In this document: piece by piece, positions 8,456 through 18,553 of the stretch
How positions within the stretch are numbered: position 1 is the first letter of the stretch
Layout of the letters: every line of letters begins with the position of its first letter
NCBI GenBank assembly: GCA_947175295.1
Contig: CAMWMK010000002.1
Coordinates: forward strand, 11,290 to 75,289
DNA length: 64,000 bases
Direction of reading: 5' to 3'
From: an uncultured Porphyromonadaceae bacterium
GTDB lineage: Bacteria; Bacteroidota; Bacteroidia; Bacteroidales; Muribaculaceae
Position numbers and translations under genes: made by a program
Notes under the pieces: model-generated
Told to the model about the DNA's origin: nothing
Databases searched by the model: none
The model's input: the letters and a program-made list of their open reading frames with translations, nothing else

Positions 8456-11400
8456 ATGTTCAGAACACTAAAAATCAACTGCGCCTTGTTTGTGGCGGTC
8501 ATGTCACTGCTTGCAGTGGTCTTCCCGTCGGCAGCATACGCTCAGTCAGCGATCACCGTAAGGGGAACAGTCACTGACAAAGAAAACGAACCGCTCATCG
8601 GAGCGACAGTAATGGTGAAAAACACCACCAACGGAACCTCGACCGACCTTGACGGCAACTACACGCTCTCTGTCAATCCCAACGACGTGCTCGTGGTCAG
8701 CTATATCGGATATAATGCCGTTGAGGAACCGGTGAAGGGACGCACCACCATCAACTTCACCCTCAGCGACAATGCGGAAGCACTCGAAGAGGTAGTGGTA
8801 GTGGGCTACGGCGTTCAGCGCAGAGGCTCTATCACGGGCGCCGTGTCGGAGCTTAAGGGCGACGCAATGATCAAGACCAACAACGAGAACCCGCAGAACA
8901 TGCTTACCGGTAAGATCCCCGGCGTGCGTGTATGGCAGAAGAGCTCCGAACCCGGAACATACAACAATAACTTCGACATCCGCGGCATGGGTTCGCCCCT
9001 CGTAGTAATCGACGGAGTGCCCCGCACTGTAGAGGATTTCCAGCGCATCAACGCCAACGACATCGCCGACGTATCGGTGCTTAAGGACGCTGCCGCCGCC
9101 ATCTACGGCGTACGCGCCGCCAACGGCGTGCTCCTCGTCACTACAAAGCAGGGCGGCGTTGGCAAGGCCAAGGTGAACTACAACGGCTCTTTCACTATCC
9201 AGAAACCCAAATCGATGCCTGAGCTCGCCGACGCATTCGATGCGATGACCATTTGGAACGAAAAGGGACGCGCCAACATCAACGGCGGCCAGCTCTACTA
9301 CACACAGGAGGATTTCGACGCCTTCGCAAGCGGCCTCCGCACTCAGACCGACTGGAACGGTGAGGTGATCGCTGACTGGTCGCCGCAGACGCAGCACGAC
9401 ATCAGCGTTTCAGGCGGCAACGAGCGCACCAAATACTTCGCAAGCTTCGGCTTCATCTATCAGGAAGGTATGTTCAAGTCGGGCGACCTCAACTACGACA
9501 AGATCAACCTCCGCACCAACCTCCAGACCACCATCTGGGACGGCGTGAAGCTCGACATCAACCTTTCAGGCATGGCCGACGACCGCAACTCCCCATGGTA
9601 CAGCTCTGTCGACATCATCCGCAACTACTGGAGCCAGGGTGTGCTTCACCCCGCCTACGCCGATCCGGAGCATACCATGCTCAATTACGCAGGTCTTGAC
9701 CTGGAGCGCAACACAGTGGCCATGATGAGCAGCGACTATGCCGGCTACCGCAAGAACAGAAGGAAGATGTTCCAGTCGAGCGCAGCCCTCAACCTTGACT
9801 TCGGCACATGGGCGCCGGCCTTGAAGGGACTTTCTGGAAAGGCACTCGTAAGCTACGACTACACCCTCGACAACAACGAGATCTTCAAGAAGGAATTCAC
9901 CCAGTATGCCTACAATGAGGCCGACGGCTCATATACCGCCAAGGTATTCCCCGAGACCAGTCCATCCAACATGCGCCGTGAGTTCTACGACAAGTCTCAG
10001 TTCATGGTGCAGTTCACACTCAACTATCTCCGCACTTTCAACGACCTCCACAACGTAGGCGCAGTAGTGGGCTATGAATCCACAAGCCGCCACGGCGACA
10101 ACTTCTACGCATACCGCGACCTCGCCTTCACCGCTCCCTATCTTCTCGCAGGCGTCGAGGAAGGTCAGGTAGGCTCGATGAATACCGGACTTGGAGACCT
10201 CTACGACTTCGGCAACCGCGCCATCATCGCGCGTGTCACATATGACTTCGACAGCCGCTACCTCATCGAGGGTCAGTTCCGCTACGACGGATCATCCAAA
10301 TTCGCCAAAGGCCACCGCTGGGGCTTCTTCCCCTCCGTATCTGCCGGCTGGCGCATCGCAAGCGAACCCTGGTTCAGAGAGAAAATCGACATCAACGGTT
10401 TCGTAAATCAGCTTAAGCTCAGAGCCAGCTACGGCGTGCTCGGCGACGACGGCTCGATCAACTACGAATGGCTTCAGGGCTATACCTACCGCGGCGGTAC
10501 AGCATCGGACAACGGCAACTTCAACGGCTACGCTCCCGGCTACATCTTCGACGGCAACTATATCTACGGAGCCGACCCCTCGGCTATCCCCAACGAACTG
10601 CTGAGCTGGTATAAATCCAAGACCTTCAACGTCGGCGTAGACTTCGAAGCACGCAACGGCATCATCGGCGCAAGCATCGACTACTTCGTACGCAACCGTT
10701 CCGGCCTCTTCGAGCGTCGTGGAGGCGACCTCCCGACAGTGGTAGGCTCCACAGCACCGCTGGAGAACGTCAACTCCGACCGTCACTACGGTCTTGAGGT
10801 ATCGCTCACTCACCGCTACAGCGTAGGCGATTGGAGCTGGAACGCCAAGGGCATCTTCTCCATCACCCGCAACAAGTATATGACGGCTGTCCAGAACGGT
10901 CCTTACGCCAACTCCTACGACAGATGGCGCCACGACAACCTCAACAACCGCTTCCAGGGCGTTCAATTCGGCTACGAAGGCAACGGACGCTACCAGAACT
11001 GGTATGAGATCTGGAGCGATCCCCTATACACGGAGCGCACCGTACTGCCCGGCGACTACAAATACCTCGACTGGAACGGCGACGGCGAGATCAACGGCGA
11101 GGACGAACACCCCTTTGCCTACGACCAGACTCCCTGGACAAACTACTCACTCGATGTCAACGTAAGCTGGAGAGACTTCGACTTCAACATGCTCTGGCAG
11201 GGTTCAGCCCTCGGCTCGATGGAATACAAAGAGCCTCTCTACCGCCTCTTCGGCCAGAACGGCGGCGGCGTGCTGAAGCAGTTCCTCGACAGATGGCACA
11301 CAGTGGATCCGAACGCTGATGTATATGATCCCTCAGCTGAATGGGTAAGCGGCTACTACGCTTTCGGCGACCGCGGCCCCAAGGGCAACTCCACCTTCAA

Positions 11401-11623
11401 CAGGGTATCTACCGACTACGTGCGATTGAAGAGCGTGGAGCTCGGCTACACGCTCCCGGCAAAGCTTCTTAAGGGCAATACCATCCGCTTCTATTTCAAC
11501 TGCTACAACCCATTGACTTTCACAAAGGTTAAATTCGTTGACCCGGAGCATCCCGATACAGACGAGGGCCGTCTCTACCCGCTCAACCAAACATATACAT
11601 TAGGTGTGAACCTCTCCTTCTAA
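8456..11623 (+). CDS. susC: SusC/RagA-family TonB-dependent outer-membrane transporter
   Basis: 1055 aa with a signal peptide. It has an N-terminal CarbopepD_reg domain (GTVTDKENEPLIGATVMVKNT), a plug (VVVGYGVQRRGSITGAVS) and a C-terminal beta-barrel ending in LSF. Confidence 0.95.
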   Translation: MFRTLKINCALFVAVMSLLAVVFPSAAYAQSAITVRGTVTDKENEPLIGATVMVKNTTNGTSTDLDGNYTLSVNPNDVLVVSYIGYNAVEEPVKGRTTINFTLSDNAEALEEVVVVGYGVQRRGSITGAVSELKGDAMIKTNNENPQNMLTGKIPGVRVWQKSSEPGTYNNNFDIRGMGSPLVVIDGVPRTVEDFQRINANDIADVSVLKDAAAAIYGVRAANGVLLVTTKQGGVGKAKVNYNGSFTIQKPKSMPELADAFDAMTIWNEKGRANINGGQLYYTQEDFDAFASGLRTQTDWNGEVIADWSPQTQHDISVSGGNERTKYFASFGFIYQEGMFKSGDLNYDKINLRTNLQTTIWDGVKLDINLSGMADDRNSPWYSSVDIIRNYWSQGVLHPAYADPEHTMLNYAGLDLERNTVAMMSSDYAGYRKNRRKMFQSSAALNLDFGTWAPALKGLSGKALVSYDYTLDNNEIFKKEFTQYAYNEADGSYTAKVFPETSPSNMRREFYDKSQFMVQFTLNYLRTFNDLHNVGAVVGYESTSRHGDNFYAYRDLAFTAPYLLAGVEEGQVGSMNTGLGDLYDFGNRAIIARVTYDFDSRYLIEGQFRYDGSSKFAKGHRWGFFPSVSAGWRIASEPWFREKIDINGFVNQLKLRASYGVLGDDGSINYEWLQGYTYRGGTASDNGNFNGYAPGYIFDGNYIYGADPSAIPNELLSWYKSKTFNVGVDFEARNGIIGASIDYFVRNRSGLFERRGGDLPTVVGSTAPLENVNSDRHYGLEVSLTHRYSVGDWSWNAKGIFSITRNKYMTAVQNGPYANSYDRWRHDNLNNRFQGVQFGYEGNGRYQNWYEIWSDPLYTERTVLPGDYKYLDWNGDGEINGEDEHPFAYDQTPWTNYSLDVNVSWRDFDFNMLWQGSALGSMEYKEPLYRLFGQNGGGVLKQFLDRWHTVDPNADVYDPSAEWVSGYYAFGDRGPKGNSTFNRVSTDYVRLKSVELGYTLPAKLLKGNTIRFYFNCYNPLTFTKVKFVDPEHPDTDEGRLYPLNQTYTLGVNLSF

Positions 11624-11642
11624 CCATCAATTACGAAACGAC

Positions 11643-13700
11643 ATGAAAAAAATCATATTATCATCAATCCTCGGCCTCGGCCTTCTCGCTTCCTGCGCCG
11701 AGCTCGATATAGCGCCGAAAGGCATGATGACGGAAGACGACCTGCTGAGCAACGACGCCGGCATGGAGATCTATATGGCGGAGATCTATTCCAACCTTCC
11801 CCTTGAAGACTTCAAATACCTTCCCCAGAGAGGACACAAGCGCAACGGCTGGCTCGTATCGAAGGGTGTGGAAGGCACCGGCGAGGCAGTAGGCCGCGAC
11901 GGCATCGTGGCAGCCTTCACCGGAGAGGAGGAACAGTACTGGGGCTCCGCTTTCACTACCCTCCGCAAGATCAACACCCTCATCGAAGACCTTCCCAACT
12001 ATCAGGGCAACTACTCGTCGGTGGCATTCAACGACTATCTCGGCCATGCCTACTTCCTGAGGGCATATATCTTCACCCAGATGGCGATGCGCTACGGCGG
12101 CATCCCCCTCGTCACCAAAGTAATCAACTATCCTGGCGATGAAGAGCTCGAAGTGCCACGTTCGACAGAGGAGGAGACCTGGGACCAGATCCTCGCCGAC
12201 TTCGACAAGGCAATCGAACTGATGGGCAACCAGAGCGTGAAGCGCGGATATGCCAACCGCAGCGTAGCGCTTGCCTACAAATCGAGCGCAATGCTCTATG
12301 CAGGCTCAGTGGCAAAATACAACCAGACTGTAGACGGCAACCTTACAGGTTTCGGCGCCAAGACGGGTGTGCGCGTGATGGGCTTCGCTCCCGATAGCTG
12401 GGAGAGCGCTTCAAAGCGTTACTTCGCGGAGGCATACAAGGCCGCCTCGACCCTCATCAGCGAAGGAAGATACTCACTCCACAAAGCAAAGTGGAGCGCC
12501 GACGACGCCAACGCTCAGTTTGAAAACCTCGTAGACATGCTCGCCGACGCCAACAGCTCGGAGCACCTCTGGGTGAGGGAGTATGAGTATCCTACGCTGA
12601 CCCACGGCTATGACGGCTACAACAGCCCCTACATGATGAACTTCTCCTATCCGGCCCACTCGCCGCTCAGCTGCGGCAGCTGCCCGACGGCCGACTTCGT
12701 GGAGCTCTTCGACGGCTTCGACCGCTATCCCGACGGCACGCTGAAAGTGACTACCGGCGACAATATCATGGAGGGTGAATACGTTATGTATGATAAACCG
12801 CTCGATTTCTTCAAGAACGCAGAACCCCGTCTGCGCGCCCAGGTGATCTTCCCCGGCGATAAATTCGCCGACGGCACAGTCGATATGTGGGCCGGCTCGT
12901 ATACAGGCACTCTTCCCGTGACCCACCTCATGAACGACTATTCCTACGGCAACGCTCCGCAGAGCTTCACGGAATCAAGATATGGCGACGACCTCGTGCT
13001 CAGCAACTCGCCGACAGAGGTGAAATATGTGGCAGACGCCAACGGCAACGACCACCTCGCCACAGGCCCTTGCGGCCCGTACAGAGGCTGGGGCGAGAGC
13101 GGCGTGACAGGTCTCGTCACCCGCAAATGGCTTGATCCCGATTTCCGTGGCGGCCGCGAAGGCGTATGCGACCAGCCCTATATCCTGATGCGCTATGCAG
13201 AGGTGCTTCTCGACGCAGCTGAAGCAGCAGTAGAACTTTCAATCGCTGGCGTGTCTTCTCCTGACGGGACCGATATGCTTGGCGTGGCCACCCAGGCCAT
13301 CAGGGATATCCGCGAGCGTGCAGGCGCCAACCAGCTGACCAAGTCGCTGACCGGCGATGAAGAGAGCCGCAACATCGTTCGCCGCGAACGCCGCAAGGAG
13401 CTCGCTTTCGAGCACCAGGCCAAGTGGGACATCCGCCGCTGGCGCGTGCAGCACTACGAAGGACGCGACGGCTTCTGGGGCGAGATCCGCAACAAGGACT
13501 CCTTCAGCAACAGCAACAACTACCGCTTCCGTGGCCTCTATCCCTTCTACTGCACAGCAAACGGCAAGTACTTCTTCGATACCCACTTCCAGAATATGTC
13601 GGACAAACAGTTGAGCTACAATCAGATCGACTATTACTTCCCGATACCCGGAGGCGAGGTCGTAAAGAGCTCCTTCATCGATCAGCAGCCTAACCGCTGA
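11643..13700 (+). CDS. susD: SusD/RagB-family nutrient-binding outer-membrane lipoprotein
   Basis: 685 aa with lipobox LLASCAE. It lies immediately downstream of SusC and has SusD-like TPR-type segments (AYFLRAYIFTQMAMRYGGIPL, RRERRKELAFEHQAKWDIRRW). Confidence 0.9.
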   Translation: MKKIILSSILGLGLLASCAELDIAPKGMMTEDDLLSNDAGMEIYMAEIYSNLPLEDFKYLPQRGHKRNGWLVSKGVEGTGEAVGRDGIVAAFTGEEEQYWGSAFTTLRKINTLIEDLPNYQGNYSSVAFNDYLGHAYFLRAYIFTQMAMRYGGIPLVTKVINYPGDEELEVPRSTEEETWDQILADFDKAIELMGNQSVKRGYANRSVALAYKSSAMLYAGSVAKYNQTVDGNLTGFGAKTGVRVMGFAPDSWESASKRYFAEAYKAASTLISEGRYSLHKAKWSADDANAQFENLVDMLADANSSEHLWVREYEYPTLTHGYDGYNSPYMMNFSYPAHSPLSCGSCPTADFVELFDGFDRYPDGTLKVTTGDNIMEGEYVMYDKPLDFFKNAEPRLRAQVIFPGDKFADGTVDMWAGSYTGTLPVTHLMNDYSYGNAPQSFTESRYGDDLVLSNSPTEVKYVADANGNDHLATGPCGPYRGWGESGVTGLVTRKWLDPDFRGGREGVCDQPYILMRYAEVLLDAAEAAVELSIAGVSSPDGTDMLGVATQAIRDIRERAGANQLTKSLTGDEESRNIVRRERRKELAFEHQAKWDIRRWRVQHYEGRDGFWGEIRNKDSFSNSNNYRFRGLYPFYCTANGKYFFDTHFQNMSDKQLSYNQIDYYFPIPGGEVVKSSFIDQQPNR

Positions 13701-13742
13701 TGAAAGACAACAACATTTAACAATAAATCCAGACTATACGAC

Positions 13743-14558
13743 ATGAAAAAGTTTCATATATTTGCGGCCGCATTGGCAATGATGTTCGGAATGACATCGT
13801 GCGATCTCTTCGAGATGGACAACTACGATGCGCCGGAAGAGACAATACAGGGTGAAGTGGTAGACGTGCTGACGGGCGACCCCGTTCTGACCGACCAGGG
13901 CAGCGAGGGCATCCGCGTCCGCCTCACCGAGCTCAGCTGGGGCGACAACGTAGAGCATAACCCCGATTTCTACTGCATGCCCGACGGCACATTCCAGAAC
14001 ACCAAGATCTTCAAGGGCCACTACTATGTGCGCATCGACGGACCCTTCATCCCTCTCGTAAGGGAGACTCCCGACGGAGTGGTGCTCGCCGACGAGTGCA
14101 AGGAGATAGACATCAAGGGCACTACGAAGGTGAAATTCGAGGTTCAGCCCTTCCTGAATGTGAAGATAGTAGGCGAGCCTCAGGTGAGCAACGGCCAGAT
14201 CAAGGCCAAGGTAGTGGTAGACCGTGCGGTATCTCCCGAGGATTTCCGCGACAAGATCCAGCCGACACGCGGCAATGACTATTCCGACGACCTGATGAAC
14301 GTCACCGACGTGCAGCTCTTCGTAAGCTATTCCTCTTCGGTAGGCTACCGGGCCCGCGACGAAAGATGGTCTTCATCGCTTTCTTACCAGGGCAAGGACT
14401 TCGAGTCTTCGCTCGGACAGGAGCTGACCATGACCACCAACGGCGAGATACCTTCGGGACGCAGGGTCTATATCCGCGCCGCAGCAAGAATCAACTACTC
14501 CACAGCTGAAGTATACCGCTACAACTACAGCGAGCCGCTCGAAGTACTGATTCCCTGA
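13743..14558 (+). CDS. DUF3823-like PUL-associated lipoprotein
   Basis: 271 aa with lipobox GMTSCD. The N-terminal IQGEVVDVLTGDPV motif and the position directly after SusD are typical of DUF3823. Confidence 0.6.
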   Translation: MKKFHIFAAALAMMFGMTSCDLFEMDNYDAPEETIQGEVVDVLTGDPVLTDQGSEGIRVRLTELSWGDNVEHNPDFYCMPDGTFQNTKIFKGHYYVRIDGPFIPLVRETPDGVVLADECKEIDIKGTTKVKFEVQPFLNVKIVGEPQVSNGQIKAKVVVDRAVSPEDFRDKIQPTRGNDYSDDLMNVTDVQLFVSYSSSVGYRARDERWSSSLSYQGKDFESSLGQELTMTTNGEIPSGRRVYIRAAARINYSTAEVYRYNYSEPLEVLIP

Positions 14559-14590
14559 TTTTTCGGAAAAATCAAAGACATTCAATCGCT

Positions 14591-15247
14591 ATGAGACAAC
14601 CAATCAAATTCCTGCCCTATCTTAAAAGCACAGCCTGGGGCGGAGAGGAGATATCGCGTTTCAAGAACATCAACATCAACTGCAAGAACATCGGTGAGAG
14701 CTGGGAGCTCTCGGCGGTGCCGGGTTGCGAGAGCATCGTGATGGATGGCGAGGAATGCGGAATGACACTCACAGACCTTGTAAGGAAATACAAACATGAC
14801 CTCGTAGGGGAATCGGTCTACGGCCGCTATGGCGATAAGTTTCCGATTTTCGTAAAGTTCATCGATTCGGAAGGTGACTTCTCGCTGCAGGTGCATCCCG
14901 ACTGCAATCATCAGGATACTCCGGTCTGCTACAGTTATTATCCTGACGGCGACCTGACCCAAAGTGGAGGCAGCGAAGGACTGATGGCATGCGATTACTT
15001 CAAGGTGACACGTGAAGTGATAGACGGAGAGAAACGCATCACCAAGACAGATGATTCCTTCATGGGAATGGTCTGTGTAGGAGGAAGCGGATGCGTGAAG
15101 GTGGATGGCATCTCTACTCCTGTAAGACAGGGTGAGACACTGCTCCTCCCGGCCAAGACGGATGAGTTTGAGGTGGAGGGCGCGCTGTCGCTGCTGACGG
15201 TGGTGATCCCGACCCTCATGAAGGCGGAACTTTCAGGTATGGCTTGA
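14591..15247 (+). CDS. manA: Type I mannose-6-phosphate isomerase homologue, in frame but ~100 aa shorter than usual (possible remnant)
   Basis: The N-terminal part (LPYLKSTAWGGEEISRFKN...GESWELSAVPG...KFPIFVKFIDSEGDFSLQVHPD) matches class I PMI. The sequence then jumps to the C-terminal cupin part (LMACDYFKV...GETLLLPA). Confidence 0.6.
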   Translation: MRQPIKFLPYLKSTAWGGEEISRFKNININCKNIGESWELSAVPGCESIVMDGEECGMTLTDLVRKYKHDLVGESVYGRYGDKFPIFVKFIDSEGDFSLQVHPDCNHQDTPVCYSYYPDGDLTQSGGSEGLMACDYFKVTREVIDGEKRITKTDDSFMGMVCVGGSGCVKVDGISTPVRQGETLLLPAKTDEFEVEGALSLLTVVIPTLMKAELSGMA

Positions 15248-15266
15248 TCATCTGATGAATAAATTT

Positions 15267-15302
15267 AAAAAGAGCGTTTGCCAAAAGGCAGACGCTCTTT
15301 TT
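15267..15302. terminator. Bidirectional terminator hairpin between convergent genes
   Basis: AGAGCGTTTGCC (15271-15282), AAAA loop, GGCAGACGCTCT (15287-15298). The stem has one T/G mismatch and is flanked by an A-run and a T-run. Confidence 0.75.
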
Positions 15303-15328
15303 AATATTAATATAAATCGGCAGACAGG

Positions 15329-18300
15329 TCATATGGTGTCGGATGAAGAACCCTGATCCGAGGATTTCGCTGCAGGAGCGGGATCCTTGAAGAGTCCGGA
15401 GAGATACTTCTCGTTGATACGCTGCATGAACTCCCAGAAGTTGGGCACGAATAGCGTTCCGATGAAGGCGTTCATCGCCATGCCGAACACTACCGCCGTG
15501 CCCAGTTCGATACGGCTGTTGGCGCCGGCACCTGTAGCGAACATCATCGGCATAACGCCGAATACGAAGGCGAGGGCCGTCATCATGATCGGGCGGAAGC
15601 GGATCACACCCGCGTCGTGGGCCGACTGCTTGATGCTCTTTCCGCTCTTGCGGAAGTCCATCGCGTATTCCACAATCAGGATGGCGTTCTTGGCCGACAT
15701 GCCTATCAGCAATATCAAACCGATCTGAGTGTAGACGCTGATAGATTGGCTCATGCAGATGCATCCGAGGATTGTGCCGAGGATTGCGATCGGGGTCGCG
15801 AGGATCACTGCTATCGGGTCGGTCCAGCTTTCATACTGGGCAGCCAGCACAAGGATGGTCATTATGATCGCGAATATGAACACGAATGTGATGGTAGTGC
15901 CCGACTGAGTCTCCTGATAAGCCATGCCGGTCCATGCGTAGGAGTAGTTCTTGCCCAGAGTAGACTTGACGAGCTGCTCCATAGCCTCGATACCCTCCGA
16001 AGAGGATACTCCGTCGGCAGGAGTGACGGTGACAGATGCCGACTGATACATGTTGTAGCGGTTTACGGTGGCTTCGCCCATCACTGGCTCGATTGTGGTG
16101 AATGCCGAGAAGGGCACCATCTCACCCTGCGAGTTGCGCACGGAAAGCCTAAGGACATCGTTGATATTGTCGCGTGCGTTCTGGTTGCCCTGCATGCGCA
16201 CCTGGAACACGCGGTTGAACTCGACGAAATCGTTGACGTAGTTGCCTCCCATGTATCCGCTGAGGGCAGTGAATATGTCGGACATCTCAAGCCCCTGGGT
16301 AGTGGCCTTATCGCGGTCGATGTTGAGCTGATACTGCGGCACCACGCCCTGATACATTGTAGTGAGCGACTTGAACCTCGGATCCTTATCCACAGCCGTG
16401 CGCAGCGCCTCGATGGCCTTCAGCATTTCGGTGGGGCCGAGAGAGTTGATGTCGAGAAGGTTCATCTCAAGGCCTGATGACATGCCGAGTCCCGGGATGG
16501 CAGGCGGGTTGATGGAGAATATCGATGCGCCCTGAAATTTGGGAGAGGCCGAGATCTCATCCACCTTGGCTATGACATTGTCGATGGAGCCTTTACGTCC
16601 GCGTTCCTTCCATGGCTTCAGCATCACGATGAGCGAACCTCCGTTGGAAGCGGCTCCACCGCCCATCATCGAGAATCCGGAGATGGTCATCACGTCTTTC
16701 ACTTCGGGCAGTTTCAGGACTTCGGCCGCCAGCTCATCGGTGATCTTCTCGGTGCGATCGAGCGAGGCTCCGGTAGGAAGCTGGATGGAAGTCATGAAGT
16801 GGCCCATATCTTCAGAAGGGATATAGCTGGTAGGCCATTTTACGAATCCGTAGAATGCCGCCGCGGCGAGCACGAGGAAGACGAGAAGCGAGGCCGTAGC
16901 ATGGTTGAGCATTCCTCCGATGGCCTTGTTGTAGAGGTTCTCCACTTTCGCCCATCCGGCGTTGAACCATCTGTAGATGAAGAATTTCGAGGGCTTGCGC
17001 GGAGTAAGGAAGAGAGCGCAGAGTGCCGGAGTGAGCGTAAGGGCGTTGAAACCGGAGAATGCTGTGGAGACGGCGATGGTAAGTGCGAACTGCTTGTAGA
17101 GCTGTCCGGTGATTCCGGATACGAAGGCCGTAGGAATGAAGACCGAGAGAAGCACGAGCACCTCACCGATCACTGGCCCCGTAAGCTCCTCCATGGCCTT
17201 TGTCGCGGCCTGATGGCGTGTCATCTCGCCGGTGTCTACGAGTCGTGAGCAGTCTTCCACCACTACTATGGCATCGTCGACCACAATGGCGATCGCGAGC
17301 ACAAGGCCGAAGAGCGAGAGCGTATTGAGCGAGAAGCCCATGATCTTCATCACGGCGAAAGTGGCGATGAGTGATACAGGGATTGTGATCATCGGAATCA
17401 CTACGGCACGCCAGTTCTGAAGGAAGATGAGGATCACCACCATCACGATAAGGGATGTGATGAGGAACGTCATGAAAAGGTCGTCGACCGACTCCTTCAC
17501 ATAGTCGGTGGCGTTCATGATCACTGAGAGGTGAACTCCTTCGGGGAGATATTCCGACAGGCGGTCTACCTCCTTAATACAACCCTTGGCCACGTCGAGC
17601 GCGTTGGCGCCCGGCAGCTGGTTGATGCCGATGGCGCAAGCCTGCTTGCCGTTGATGGTGGAGGTGTTGGAGTAGCTTTCAGATCCGAGGTCGATCTTCG
17701 CTACATCGCGCAGACGCAGCATGTTGGTTCCGTCGGATTTAATGATGATGTTGCCGAACTCCTCGGGTGTGGATAGGCGTCCGTGGCTTACGAGCGTGTA
17801 CTCGAACGCGGAGTTGCCGCTGAGGGGAGGCTGGCCGACCGATCCGGCGCTGACCTCCATGTTTTGCGACTGTATTGCGGCCGACACATCGGCGGGAGTA
17901 AGGTTTCTGATTCTCAGGGCCTCCGGGTCGAGCCATACGCGCATGCTGTATTCTCCACCGCCGAATGCCTGCACTCCACCCACTCCCTCTACACGGCTGA
18001 GGGGATTGGTGAGGTTGAGCTGCGCATAGTTGGTAAGGTAGAGCGCATCATACCTCTGAGAGTCGTCGGCCGTGAGGGCCAGAAACATGATCTGGTCGCT
18101 CGCCTCCTTATTGACGCTCACTCCCTGCTGCGCCACTTCAGACGGAAGCGTGGAGCTTATGAGCGATATGCGGTTCTGTACTTCTACGGCGGCCTGGTCG
18201 AGGTCGGTGCCGTTTTCAAATGTGATGGTAAGGCTGTAGCTGCCGTCGGAGCCGGAGTTGCTGCTCATGTAGAGCATTCCCTCCACACCGTTGACCTGCT

Positions 18301-18502
18301 GCTCGATTGGGACGCCTACTGTCTGCGCCACTGTAGAGGCCGAGGCTCCGGGGTAGGATGCGCTCACCATCACCGTAGGAGGAGTGATGTCGGGATATTG
18401 TGCTACGGGGAGCGAGAAATAGCACATTCCTCCGGCGAGCACCATCAGGATTGCGATGACGGTAGCGAAGATCGGCCTGTCTATGAAGAATTTTGAGAAC
18501 AT
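15329..18502 (-). CDS. RND efflux transporter permease (AcrB/HAE1 type)
   Basis: 1057 aa with N-terminus MFSKFFIDRPIFATVIAILMVLAGG and a 12-TM architecture with two large periplasmic loops. Confidence 0.95.
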   Translation of the reverse strand: MFSKFFIDRPIFATVIAILMVLAGGMCYFSLPVAQYPDITPPTVMVSASYPGASASTVAQTVGVPIEQQVNGVEGMLYMSSNSGSDGSYSLTITFENGTDLDQAAVEVQNRISLISSTLPSEVAQQGVSVNKEASDQIMFLALTADDSQRYDALYLTNYAQLNLTNPLSRVEGVGGVQAFGGGEYSMRVWLDPEALRIRNLTPADVSAAIQSQNMEVSAGSVGQPPLSGNSAFEYTLVSHGRLSTPEEFGNIIIKSDGTNMLRLRDVAKIDLGSESYSNTSTINGKQACAIGINQLPGANALDVAKGCIKEVDRLSEYLPEGVHLSVIMNATDYVKESVDDLFMTFLITSLIVMVVILIFLQNWRAVVIPMITIPVSLIATFAVMKIMGFSLNTLSLFGLVLAIAIVVDDAIVVVEDCSRLVDTGEMTRHQAATKAMEELTGPVIGEVLVLLSVFIPTAFVSGITGQLYKQFALTIAVSTAFSGFNALTLTPALCALFLTPRKPSKFFIYRWFNAGWAKVENLYNKAIGGMLNHATASLLVFLVLAAAAFYGFVKWPTSYIPSEDMGHFMTSIQLPTGASLDRTEKITDELAAEVLKLPEVKDVMTISGFSMMGGGAASNGGSLIVMLKPWKERGRKGSIDNVIAKVDEISASPKFQGASIFSINPPAIPGLGMSSGLEMNLLDINSLGPTEMLKAIEALRTAVDKDPRFKSLTTMYQGVVPQYQLNIDRDKATTQGLEMSDIFTALSGYMGGNYVNDFVEFNRVFQVRMQGNQNARDNINDVLRLSVRNSQGEMVPFSAFTTIEPVMGEATVNRYNMYQSASVTVTPADGVSSSEGIEAMEQLVKSTLGKNYSYAWTGMAYQETQSGTTITFVFIFAIIMTILVLAAQYESWTDPIAVILATPIAILGTILGCICMSQSISVYTQIGLILLIGMSAKNAILIVEYAMDFRKSGKSIKQSAHDAGVIRFRPIMMTALAFVFGVMPMMFATGAGANSRIELGTAVVFGMAMNAFIGTLFVPNFWEFMQRINEKYLSGLFKDPAPAAKSSDQGSSSDTI

Positions 18503-18553
18503 AGTCTGTGAGCTTTAATGCACAATTAACAATGCATAATTCATAATTGATGT

